The notes beneath the pieces were generated by a model. It searched no databases. It was not told the origin of the DNA and saw only the letters and a program-made list of their open reading frames with translations. From assembly GCA_035436725.1 (NCBI GenBank), contig DAOMWV010000001.1:1-57705 (forward strand): DNA of 57,705 bases, in the 5' to 3' direction. Of the stretch, positions 45,098 to 53,324 are shown piece by piece; within the stretch, counting starts at the first letter, position 1, and each line of letters starts with the position of its first letter. The translations under genes and the position numbers were made by a program. The stretch is from Hyphomicrobiaceae bacterium (GTDB lineage Bacteria > Pseudomonadota > Alphaproteobacteria > Rhizobiales > Hyphomicrobiaceae).

Positions 45098-46348
45098 TCA
45101 ACCAATTTTTTTGTTGCTCACCGGACTCCCACAGCAGAATGCCGCCCAATCTTCCATGAGTTTTCTGCGAGATGCGAGTAATGCTGTACGCCGATATGCG
45201 GCTCTGGCCTGATCTGGATCGGCATGAGAAAGCGCCAGTTCAGAGAGATGATCGTCGACGCCATTGTCCGCGCACCAGTCCTTGAAACTTGATCGGAAAC
45301 CGTGCGCCGTCGCTTCCCCTCGTAGGCCCATGTCCTTGAGCCGTTTCGTCAGCGTTGCATCCGACAACGGCTGACCTTTCAGACCGGGAAACACCAACTC
45401 GCCTTTCGGGTTCGCCTTCTTTGCCTCTCTTAGGATTTCGATGGCACGAGCTGACAAGGGGACGACGTGATCGTTCGAGGTCTTCATTCGACGACCCGTT
45501 ACCTCATCGTAACCCGGTATGGTCCAGAGACATTCGGCAAAACTTATTTCATTCCACAGCGCTCCGCGCGTTTCGTTTGATCGTGTCGCGGTCAGAATCA
45601 GAAACTCGAACGCAAGGCGACTCGATACGAGCCCGCCTCGCTTACGTAGCGATACTATGAAAGCGGGCACATCTTGCCAGAGCAGCGCCCTCCTGTGCTC
45701 CACCGGCTTGATGCGCTTGCCCAACAGCTCCGCCACACCTTCACATGGATTGGCCGCCGTCCGGTGGCCAGTTGTCAGGGCGTACGTGAATACAGCGCGC
45801 GCGCGCTCGAATACCTTGCGCGCTGTCTCTTCCTTCGTCGTCCAGATTGGGCGCAGCATTTCGACAACTTCACCAGTTTGGATATCTGCCACCGGTCGCG
45901 CGCCAAAAACAGCGATCACGTTCCGCTGCATCATGTTCGCGTACGCCTTGCGATCTTTCTCGGTCGCGAGGGTGACCTTTTTCAGCTCCCAGTGGAGATT
46001 CCAGACCGCCTCGAAAGTCATCGACCCTGCCAGTCCGCTGCGCCGCTTTCGTGTGCGCATGTCGGTGACTGCGGTCCTCGGGTTTCGCCCTTCAACCACT
46101 GCCTTTCGAATGGTGGCAGCATGGACGCGGGCCTCGGCGAGGGACGTCACGTTGACCGTGCCCAGCGCCACATCAATGCGCTTGCCGCCCCAAACAATCC
46201 GGACGAACCAGCGCCGCGTGCCGTTGGCCGCGATCTTCAGATACAGGCCGCCACCATCGAGGTAGACACCGGGCTTCTTGGTCTGCCTGAGAAAAGTGGC
46301 ACTCAGCCGATTAAGCCCAACCACGCGCTTTGTCATCCCGCCCGCCAT
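45098..46348 (-). CDS. int: Tyrosine recombinase, P4-type integrase (Arm DNA-binding domain DUF4102 + catalytic domain)
   Basis: LYLDGGGLYLKIAANGTRRWFVRIVWGGKRIDVALG (DUF4102). Catalytic region with LILTATRSNETRGALWNEI, HGFRSSFKDW and LSHA..D...AYRR. The start is probably ATG 46348 or 46336; the track ORF extends to 46483. Confidence 0.88.
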   Translation of the reverse strand: MAGGMTKRVVGLNRLSATFLRQTKKPGVYLDGGGLYLKIAANGTRRWFVRIVWGGKRIDVALGTVNVTSLAEARVHAATIRKAVVEGRNPRTAVTDMRTRKRRSGLAGSMTFEAVWNLHWELKKVTLATEKDRKAYANMMQRNVIAVFGARPVADIQTGEVVEMLRPIWTTKEETARKVFERARAVFTYALTTGHRTAANPCEGVAELLGKRIKPVEHRRALLWQDVPAFIVSLRKRGGLVSSRLAFEFLILTATRSNETRGALWNEISFAECLWTIPGYDEVTGRRMKTSNDHVVPLSARAIEILREAKKANPKGELVFPGLKGQPLSDATLTKRLKDMGLRGEATAHGFRSSFKDWCADNGVDDHLSELALSHADPDQARAAYRRTALLASRRKLMEDWAAFCCGSPVSNKKIG

Positions 46349-46581
46349 TATAGACCATCTCATAAACCATCTAGCCGTTGGAGATGGCGGTGGTCTATCG
46401 GAGATTTTCTTGGACGTGAGCAGACGCTCACTTCTCGATTCCCCATTTATCGAACCGCTGTTGTTGCAACCTTTTCTATCCATTTTAGGGTGTCGGCAGA
46501 CAAAACTGGACGTGAATGAACGTTCGTGGAAAATTCATGTAATTCATATGTCTATGTCCCTCCGGGGGCACCATTTTTCTT

Positions 46582-46747
46582 GGCGCGCGACGACACGCCT
46601 GCGGCGCGCCGGCCGCTGCGCGCGGACAAGGGTCACCATCTCATCCCAATACCTAGGCGCGAGACGACACGCCTGCGGCGCGCCGGCCGCTGCGCGCGGA
46701 CAAGGGGCACCATCTCATCCCAATACCTAGGCGCGAGACGACACGCC
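46582..46747. repeat. 74-bp tandem repeat, about 2.2 copies
   Basis: The unit ggcgcg(c/a)gacgacacgcctgcggcgcgccggccgctgcgcgcggacaagg(g/t)caccatctcatcccaatacctag starts at 46582, 46656 and 46730 (the third copy is partial). The copies are nearly identical. Confidence 0.9.
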
Positions 46748-46752
46748 TTTTT

Positions 46753-46868
46753 GGCCTCACGCGCTGGTCGCGCTCCGGCCGGGGCCGCTAACGCGGACGC
46801 CTGCGGCTACGTGCCGCCAGAGGCGGCAGCTTACGTAATCCATATTGCCGGCCTCACGCGCTGGTCGC
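46753..46868. repeat. 19-bp direct repeat pair (ggcctcacgcgctggtcgc), 97 bp apart, bracketing a TGCCGCC-aga-GGCGGCA hairpin
   Basis: Copies at 46753-46771 and 46850-46868. The hairpin (7 bp stem) is at 46812-46828, downstream of the SDR gene that ends at 46876, and may act as its terminator. Confidence 0.7.
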
Positions 46869-46875
46869 TGCGCGC

Positions 46876-47652
46876 TCAGCTCAGCATGTTCGTATCGCCG
46901 TCGACCGAGAGGGCCTGTCCGGAGATAGTTTTGGCGCGCGGCGAGGCCGTGAAGACGACGAGGTCGGCGAGCTGCTCGGCGGTCACGTAATCCTTGATGG
47001 ACGTGAACGAAAACGCGCGCTCCTCCATTTCCTTGTACGAGATCCCCCTCGCCTGCGCCTTTGCTTCGAGGACGCGCCGCTGGCGGTCTCCCGCGACAAT
47101 GCCAGGAAGCAGCGCGTTGACGCGTATGCCATCGCTGCCAAGTTCGATCGCGAGGGATTTCGTGAACCCGATCACGCCCCACTTCGCTGCCGCGTAGGGC
47201 GAGCGCATCGCAAAGCCGAACTTCCCGGCAGCCGACGACACGTTCATGATCGAGGCGTTTCTGGATTGTCTCAGATGCGGCACCGCGAGGCGCGCGCAGT
47301 TGAAGTGTCCGGTCAGGTCGATGGCGACGCAACGGTCCCAGTCTTCCGGATTTATCTCGTCGACCTTGCCGGTCGGGCCGGCGATGCCGGCGTTGTTGAC
47401 GAGGCAGTCGAGGCCGCCGAGATGCGCCAGAGCCTCATCGAACATCGCCTTGACCTGAGCGCGATCGGACACATCGCAGCTGGAACGGCCGAGTGCCGGG
47501 TCGGTCTTGGCGAGAGACGCGAGCGCGGTCTGGTCAACATCACAAACGTGCACGCGAGCCCCCTCGCGCAGGAACGCACGGGCGATGCCGAGGCCGATGC
47601 CATTCGCACCAGCCGTCACGAGAACGCGCAAATTGCCTATTCCGAGATCCAT
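46876..47652 (-). CDS. Short-chain dehydrogenase/reductase (SDR) family oxidoreductase
   Basis: VLVTAGANGIGLGIARAF (TGxxxGIG), NNAG, and a YAAAK catalytic Tyr-Lys; 258 aa from ATG 47652. Confidence 0.85.
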   Translation of the reverse strand: MDLGIGNLRVLVTAGANGIGLGIARAFLREGARVHVCDVDQTALASLAKTDPALGRSSCDVSDRAQVKAMFDEALAHLGGLDCLVNNAGIAGPTGKVDEINPEDWDRCVAIDLTGHFNCARLAVPHLRQSRNASIMNVSSAAGKFGFAMRSPYAAAKWGVIGFTKSLAIELGSDGIRVNALLPGIVAGDRQRRVLEAKAQARGISYKEMEERAFSFTSIKDYVTAEQLADLVVFTASPRAKTISGQALSVDGDTNMLS

Positions 47653-47716
47653 GTCCAACTCCCGCCTCGCCACACCGACGATCACCGCCGCGATCGTAGC
47701 TTCGGCGCTGCCGCAG

Positions 47717-48838
47717 TCAAACGCGCGCCGGCGCCTCATGTGGGATGCTGCGTCGCGATCGGCGCAGGGCAAGAGCCGGCCGCTCGATCGTTCGCCATCC
47801 AAGCGCGGCAATAACAAGGACAACCGGTGTCGCCATGAGTGCCAGCGTGACAGGTCCTATGGACGGCCCGCAGGTCCAGACCAACGTCTGCTGGACCGGA
47901 AAGGCAAACAGATATGTTCCGTAGGACAAATCGCCGATTACTTGGAACAGGCGCGGCGCAAGGGGCGGCAACAGCGCGAGATAAATCACAAGATAGGGCA
48001 GACCGAGTATGTAGGCCGCCTGATTCAGCGGGGTTCCCAGCGTGACCATTATCGCACCTGCAAGTACCAGCGCGACATCTCCCCGTAACGGCACATGGTC
48101 ACGCCAGAGCCAAAGTGCAGCGCCTCCCAGAAAGCCTGTTGCCAGCTTGGCCACAAAAAACATCTGTGCCCCCGGCCACAACAGAGGGCCCGGGTTCGCC
48201 GCGTTCACGCCGATCGCGGGAAAGACCAACAGATGCAGCGAGACCGATCCGGCCCACGCGCCAAGAATGAACCAGCGATTGCAGAGCCGCACGAGCGACC
48301 AGACGAACAGGACGGCGTAGAAGCCGACTTCGACGACCATCGACCATAGCGAGCCATTGACAGCCCTGATCGGCAAGGTCTCGAACACGCCCGGCAAGGC
48401 AAAACTGATGCCTTTCACGAAAACTGGATTCCATGCGTGGGCGATGGTCAGTTCGTGCGCCAGATACGTGCGCAGGTCGAGTGTCGTCAAAAACGCACCG
48501 AGCGCCACATCGAAAATCGTGACCACCAGGAACAACGGTAGTATGCGCAGTGCGCGGGCTTCGAGAAATTCAATGGGCGAGCGCTCCATGACGGAGCGCA
48601 TGACGAGGAAGCCGCTCACGACGAAAAACGTCATGACGCCGAGGGAGCCCGCCTGCTCGAGCCCGCCAGTTGCATACTCGAGCGGTTCCCAGGTCTGACC
48701 GGTCAGCGGAAAACAGTGACTGAAAAGGACAAGCAGCGCCGCGGTCAGCCTTATGAGGTCGAAGTTGTTGGCGCGCGTCGTGGCGCCATGGGCGATCGAA
48801 TGTTGCGGCTGGCGAATGAGCATGACGACAAAATACAC
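47717..48838 (-). CDS. Acyltransferase family 3 integral membrane protein (OafA-like O-acyltransferase)
   Basis: NFDLIRLTAALLVLFSHCFPL N-terminal signature with about 10 TM helices; 373 aa. Confidence 0.8.
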   Translation of the reverse strand: MYFVVMLIRQPQHSIAHGATTRANNFDLIRLTAALLVLFSHCFPLTGQTWEPLEYATGGLEQAGSLGVMTFFVVSGFLVMRSVMERSPIEFLEARALRILPLFLVVTIFDVALGAFLTTLDLRTYLAHELTIAHAWNPVFVKGISFALPGVFETLPIRAVNGSLWSMVVEVGFYAVLFVWSLVRLCNRWFILGAWAGSVSLHLLVFPAIGVNAANPGPLLWPGAQMFFVAKLATGFLGGAALWLWRDHVPLRGDVALVLAGAIMVTLGTPLNQAAYILGLPYLVIYLALLPPLAPRLFQVIGDLSYGTYLFAFPVQQTLVWTCGPSIGPVTLALMATPVVLVIAALGWRTIERPALALRRSRRSIPHEAPARV

Positions 48839-49059
48839 TTAATGGTTGTATTTTTCAATTTTTCCCCTGTTCTCAAATTATTCCTTGTTTTTCAATGATG
48901 CTTTCTAGTTTTCTGCAATCTTGGCGTGCTTTTGGCTTCGACCAAGTCAGCCGTGACGCTGGTGCGTGGCTGCTCCAACCTCGAGATAGACCCGCCCGGG
49001 GGGACGTGTGTCGTAAGGGTTGGTAGACTCGATCAACATGCGCAAACGGGAGCAGACAC

Positions 49060-50007
49060 ATGACGAAACGCGGAACGGTCGGCATCGTCGGTTCGGGACT
49101 GATCGGCAGGAGCTGGGCGAACGTATTTGCGCGTGGTGGCTGGAGCGTCGTGCTCTGGGATCCGGTCGCGTCGGTGCGCGCGTCAGCGGTCTCGCAGATC
49201 GAGACGTCACTCAGGGAATTGCAGGAGTTCGGCCTCGTCGACGACGCCGATGCCGCGGTCAAGCGTATCCGCGTCGCAGAAACACTCGAGGACACGGTTT
49301 CGGTCGCCAATTTCGTACAGGAGAGCGGCCCTGAAACGCTCGAAGCGAAGATCGACATCTTCGCGCGCATGGATGCGGCGGCAAAACCGCAAACGATCCT
49401 GGCGTCGTCGACGTCCGCGATCGTGTCGTCCCTGTTCACTGAAAAACTGAAGGGACGCGCACGGTGCCTCGTTGCCCATCCCGTCAATCCGCCACATCTT
49501 GTTCCGGTGGTAGAGTTGTGCGGCGCGCCCTGGACGTCGGCCGACACCGTAAAGCGCGCCAGGGAGGTTTTCGCGGACGTGGGTCAGGTGCCGGTCACCG
49601 TCAACAAGGAGATCGATGGCTTCGTGCTCAACCGCCTGCAGGTGGCGCTGCTCGCGGAGGCATTCCGCCTGGTACAGGATGGTGTCGTGTCTCCGGCGGA
49701 TCTCGATCACACGGTGGCAGACGGCCTCGGCCTTCGCTGGGCGTTCATGGGACCGTTCGAAACGATCGAACTCAACGCGCCTGAAGGAATCGAGGACTAC
49801 TGCCGCCGCTACACGCCCTGGTTCCGCCGCTACATGAAGGATCTGCCGCCGGCGGGCGTGTGGGACGACGCGAATACGGCCAAGGTCGCCGCCGCCTACG
49901 GTCCTAAACCGACAGCTGCCGACGTCGGCAAGAAATCGCTCTGGCGCAATCGCAGGCTTGCGGCACTCGCAGCGCACAAGCGCGGCGCGGTACGCTACAA
50001 GGTCTGA
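49060..50007 (+). CDS. 3-hydroxyacyl-CoA dehydrogenase family protein, lambda-crystallin/L-gulonate 3-dehydrogenase-like
   Basis: VGIVGSGLIGRSWANVFARGGWSVVLWDP, CLVAHPVNPPHLVPVVELC, GFVLNRLQVALLAEAFRLVQDGVVSPADLD. Confidence 0.8.
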   Translation: MTKRGTVGIVGSGLIGRSWANVFARGGWSVVLWDPVASVRASAVSQIETSLRELQEFGLVDDADAAVKRIRVAETLEDTVSVANFVQESGPETLEAKIDIFARMDAAAKPQTILASSTSAIVSSLFTEKLKGRARCLVAHPVNPPHLVPVVELCGAPWTSADTVKRAREVFADVGQVPVTVNKEIDGFVLNRLQVALLAEAFRLVQDGVVSPADLDHTVADGLGLRWAFMGPFETIELNAPEGIEDYCRRYTPWFRRYMKDLPPAGVWDDANTAKVAAAYGPKPTAADVGKKSLWRNRRLAALAAHKRGAVRYKV

Positions 50008-50048
50008 CACTTTCACAACGGCTCACGGGATCAGGGAGAAACGCAGAC

Positions 50049-51023
50049 ATGGCAAAGACGACGAAATCCGCAGCAAAAGCGCCGGCCGTACTCAAGAAGG
50101 GTCGAAAGGTGATGATCACGTGCGCGGTGACCGGCGCAATCCATACGCCGAGCATGAGCCCGCACCTGCCGGTGACGGCCGCCGAAATTGCGGACGCGGC
50201 GATCGGAGCGGCGGAAGCCGGCGCGGCGCTCGTGCATGTTCATGCGCGCGATCCCAAAACCGGCAAGCCCGATCAGGCTCCGTCCGCGTTCAAGCCCTTT
50301 CTCAGCGTGATCAAGCAGCGCTGTGATGCGGTCGTGAACATCACGACGGGCGGCTCACCGACCATGACGGTCGAGGAACGGCTCAAGCCGTGCGCCGAGC
50401 TGAAGCCGGAAGTCGCCTCTCTCAACATGGGGTCGATGAACTTCGGTCTCTATCCGATGCTCGAGCGCTTCAAGGACTTCAAGCACGACTGGGAACGGCC
50501 GTATCTCGAGGGCTCTGACGACCGCATCTTCAAGAACACGTTCAAGGACATTGCGAACATCCTGACGACGTGCGCGGAAAACGGTACGCGCTTCGAAATC
50601 GAGTGCTACGACATCGGGCATCTCTATACGCTCAGGCATTTCGCGGATCGCGGGCTCGTCAAGCCGCCGTTCTTCATCCAGTCGGTGTTCGGCATCCTTG
50701 GCGGAATCGGGCCGCATCCGGAAGACGTGATGCACATGAAGCGGACGGCCGACCGCCTGTTCGGGAAGGATTACCACTGGAGCGTGCTCGGCGCCGGGCG
50801 CAACCAGATGCCGATCGCGGCGCAGGCTGTCGCCATCGGCGGCAATGCACGGGTCGGTCTCGAGGACAGCCTCTGGATCGGACCGGGCAAGCTCGCTGAA
50901 AGCAACGCGCAGCAAGTACGGCAGGTGCGGCAAATCATTGAAGGCCTCGGCCTCGAGATCGCCAGCGCCGAGGAAGCGCGTGAGATGCTGCAGCTCAAGG
51001 GCGGCGACAAGGTCAATTTCTAA
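50049..51023 (+). CDS. Beta-keto acid cleavage enzyme (BKACE, DUF849; 3-keto-5-aminohexanoate cleavage enzyme family)
   Basis: MITCAVTGAIHTPSMSPHLPVTAAEIADAAIGAAEAGAALVHVHARDPKTGKP is the typical BKACE N-terminus. It is paired with a 3-hydroxyacyl dehydrogenase, as in carnitine-type pathways. Confidence 0.8.
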   Translation: MAKTTKSAAKAPAVLKKGRKVMITCAVTGAIHTPSMSPHLPVTAAEIADAAIGAAEAGAALVHVHARDPKTGKPDQAPSAFKPFLSVIKQRCDAVVNITTGGSPTMTVEERLKPCAELKPEVASLNMGSMNFGLYPMLERFKDFKHDWERPYLEGSDDRIFKNTFKDIANILTTCAENGTRFEIECYDIGHLYTLRHFADRGLVKPPFFIQSVFGILGGIGPHPEDVMHMKRTADRLFGKDYHWSVLGAGRNQMPIAAQAVAIGGNARVGLEDSLWIGPGKLAESNAQQVRQVRQIIEGLGLEIASAEEAREMLQLKGGDKVNF

Positions 51024-51247
51024 CGCGCGTCGACTGCTCCATAGCCGATAGTGCTGGCTCGTCCTGAAGTTAGGGCCCGGAGTGATCCGGGCCCTCGTCC
51101 GTTGCGCGCGACTAGATCGCACAAATAGCGTTGATCGCGCTCAATTGCTTTTCATCGTTATTGCGCAATTATGAACTTGTGACGACGGCATCGCATCGAT
51201 TGGCGTCATGTCACGCTTTTCTGGTTTTGATCACGTGGAGGTGCCTC

Positions 51248-51514
51248 ATGCAGAACTCTCGACTCCTTCTCGCTGCCATCACAGTCGCGCTTGCCGCTTC
51301 GGTCGCTCACGCCCAGTCGGGGCCGGTAGCGACATCGTGCAGCGGGGACATCGCGAAAACCTGCGCTGGCAAACCGCACGACGGCAGCACGCGCATCTGC
51401 CTCGAACAAAACTACACGAAGCTATCTGCCAACTGCAAAGCAGCGTTGGATTCGACCGGCGGCGGGCGCGGCAAAGGCTTGGGCAAGGGACAAGGCAAGG
51501 GCAAACAGCAATAG
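51248..51514 (+). CDS. Small secreted cysteine-rich repeat protein with Gly/Lys-rich tail (88 aa)
   Basis: Signal peptide MQNSRLLLAAITVALAASVAHA/Q and the pattern C..DI...C.......G....CL.......LS..C..AL. GGAGG lies upstream of ATG 51248. Confidence 0.6.
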   Translation: MQNSRLLLAAITVALAASVAHAQSGPVATSCSGDIAKTCAGKPHDGSTRICLEQNYTKLSANCKAALDSTGGGRGKGLGKGQGKGKQQ

Positions 51515-51539
51515 TTTCAGCCAGCGCTCCAACTTGGCA

Positions 51540-53291
51540 TCACAGTAGTTCGGATGCCGTAGTCCTCGAGACGACGGCGTCCGACAGCAGGGCTTGCGCG
51601 ATCATGTCGTCGCGAGCGGATGAGGACGGGCGATAAGGGTCGGTCGCGCCGATCTTGTGATCGACGACAAGGCGCGACAACAGAAGGCGCTTCGCATCGC
51701 CGCGTGCCGCATGGATGCGGTCTGCTTCCCAGGTCAGCATGACGGCAGTGGCGACGTGATAAAGCATTGAGGTCGCGCGACGTGCGTCGGCTTCGAGTTC
51801 GGGCGTTCGTGCAACGGTCCGTGCAAAGGCGATAGCGCTGTCGATGTGCCGTCTCAGCGTGTCTGCGAATGATAGTGGCACGATCTGGGTCTCGTTCAGT
51901 CGTGCGTGCAGTTCGTCGGCGAGCGCACCTTCGGCGCCATGGCGTCCGACTGCTCGCTGGACCGCATCGAGCGAGACGATGTTGCCCGTGCCTTCCCAGA
52001 TCGAGCCGAGGTGTGCGTCACGCAGAAGGCGCGGCGTCGCGAACTCCTCGACGTAGCCGATGCCGCCGCGCATTTCGAGGGCGTCGCCGGTGACCTTGCG
52101 CGCGTCGCGGGTCGCTCGATATTTCAATACGGGCGTCAGGATTCGAACGAGTGTGGCTGCGGCCTGGCTGCGGCCGACTTCGGCGCGCTCGAGTGCGTCG
52201 GCCGTCATGAACGAAAGCGACAGGGCCTGTTCGACCGGAAGCATGATCTTCAACAGCTGACGGCGCGCCAGCGGATGCTCCACGATCAGCTTTCCGAAGA
52301 CTTTCCGGTTGTTCGCGACCGTCAGTGCATCGTGCAAGGCGCGGCGCATCAGCGCCGTCGACTTCACGCCGTTGGACAACCGCGACCAATTGACCATCTC
52401 CGCCATCTGCACGAAGCCGCGGTCGATCGCGCCGACCTCATAGGCGATAGCGCCCTCGAGCCTGATCTCGCCCGATGCCATGGAGCGGGTGCCGAGCTTA
52501 TCTTTCAGGCGGACGATGCGGTAATGGTTCTGCGTGCCGTCGTCGATAAGACGCGGCATCAGAAACAGTCCAACGCCGCGTGTTCCCTGTGATGCGCCCT
52601 CGGGCCGGGCGAGCAGCATTGCGATGCCACCGTCGGCATTGGAGCAGAACCATTTGTCGCCATAGAGCCGCCAGTGTTCGCCCTCGCGCACTGCGCGGCT
52701 CGTCAGGCGGCCGACGTCCGAGCCGCCCTCCTTCTCGGTCATGAACTGCGCGCCCTGCGTGAGGCGCGACATGTCGGTGGTGACAAGATTTTCCAGGTAC
52801 TTCGCCTTCAACCCGGGCGCGCCGTAGCGATCGAGCAGCATGGCCGCGCCGTCGGTTACGTTGAGCGGACAGCCCATGCCGAATTCGGCCTGATTGAAGA
52901 GGTATGTGAAGGCGTGCTTTGCAGGGGTGCTGTAGGGCTTCGGCCAGCCGAGAATGCCGCCGCGATGCGACATGGCGTGGATACCGAAGCGGCCGAACCC
53001 GGCTGCTTCGAGTTCGCGATAGGCAGGATGATACTCGATCGACTGGACGTCGTCGCCGAAGCGGTTGCGGGTATGCAGGACCGGTGGGTGGCGATCGGCG
53101 AGGCGCGCGCACTCGTCCAGGCGGCCGCCCGCGAGGGCGCCGAGTTCGACGAGATGCGGCTCGATGTGACGGCGAAGGTCCGGCTCGACGTAGATATCGA
53201 GGAGGTCGGAGAGGGACGGATCGGCGGTGAAGAAGTTCAGGCCGGTCGTATCTGGAGCAATCGCCGACATCGGATCGCGGGATTTCTGCAT
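51540..53291 (-). CDS. Acyl-CoA dehydrogenase, long AidB-like form (583 aa)
   Basis: The ACAD middle and C-terminal regions (FMTEKEGGSDV, KWFCSNADGG, IWEGTGNI) with an extended N-terminal domain, as in AidB-type enzymes. Confidence 0.8.
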   Translation of the reverse strand: MQKSRDPMSAIAPDTTGLNFFTADPSLSDLLDIYVEPDLRRHIEPHLVELGALAGGRLDECARLADRHPPVLHTRNRFGDDVQSIEYHPAYRELEAAGFGRFGIHAMSHRGGILGWPKPYSTPAKHAFTYLFNQAEFGMGCPLNVTDGAAMLLDRYGAPGLKAKYLENLVTTDMSRLTQGAQFMTEKEGGSDVGRLTSRAVREGEHWRLYGDKWFCSNADGGIAMLLARPEGASQGTRGVGLFLMPRLIDDGTQNHYRIVRLKDKLGTRSMASGEIRLEGAIAYEVGAIDRGFVQMAEMVNWSRLSNGVKSTALMRRALHDALTVANNRKVFGKLIVEHPLARRQLLKIMLPVEQALSLSFMTADALERAEVGRSQAAATLVRILTPVLKYRATRDARKVTGDALEMRGGIGYVEEFATPRLLRDAHLGSIWEGTGNIVSLDAVQRAVGRHGAEGALADELHARLNETQIVPLSFADTLRRHIDSAIAFARTVARTPELEADARRATSMLYHVATAVMLTWEADRIHAARGDAKRLLLSRLVVDHKIGATDPYRPSSSARDDMIAQALLSDAVVSRTTASELL

Positions 53292-53324
53292 AGGTTTCCC
53301 TCGCTTCTTCTGCCTGTGATCAGA

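Larger units (their letters stand above)
42071..46483 (-). mobile_element. Cryptic integrative islet (int-alpA-primase/polymerase); boundaries not determined
   Basis: Three co-directional genes form the core module of P4-like or CP4-57-like integrative elements. Non-coding or degenerate DNA lies to the left (41144-42070) and tandem repeats to the right (46582-46868). I could not identify a flanking tRNA or att repeats. Confidence 0.6.

Noticed and set aside
46349-46580. Searched for a tRNA or tmRNA gene or fragment next to the integrase as its attachment site.
   Set aside because: I could fold no cloverleaf-like sequence by eye. The segment is AT-rich promoter-like DNA with short inverted repeats. 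The only tRNA in the window is tRNA-Gly at 57524-57597.
46582-46747. Tandem repeats as a possible CRISPR array (also 57605-57705).
   Set aside because: The periods are 74 and 54 bp, and essentially the whole unit is repeated, so there are no unique spacers. There are only 2-3 copies, no cas genes are nearby, and the units are GC-rich palindromic REP-like sequences.
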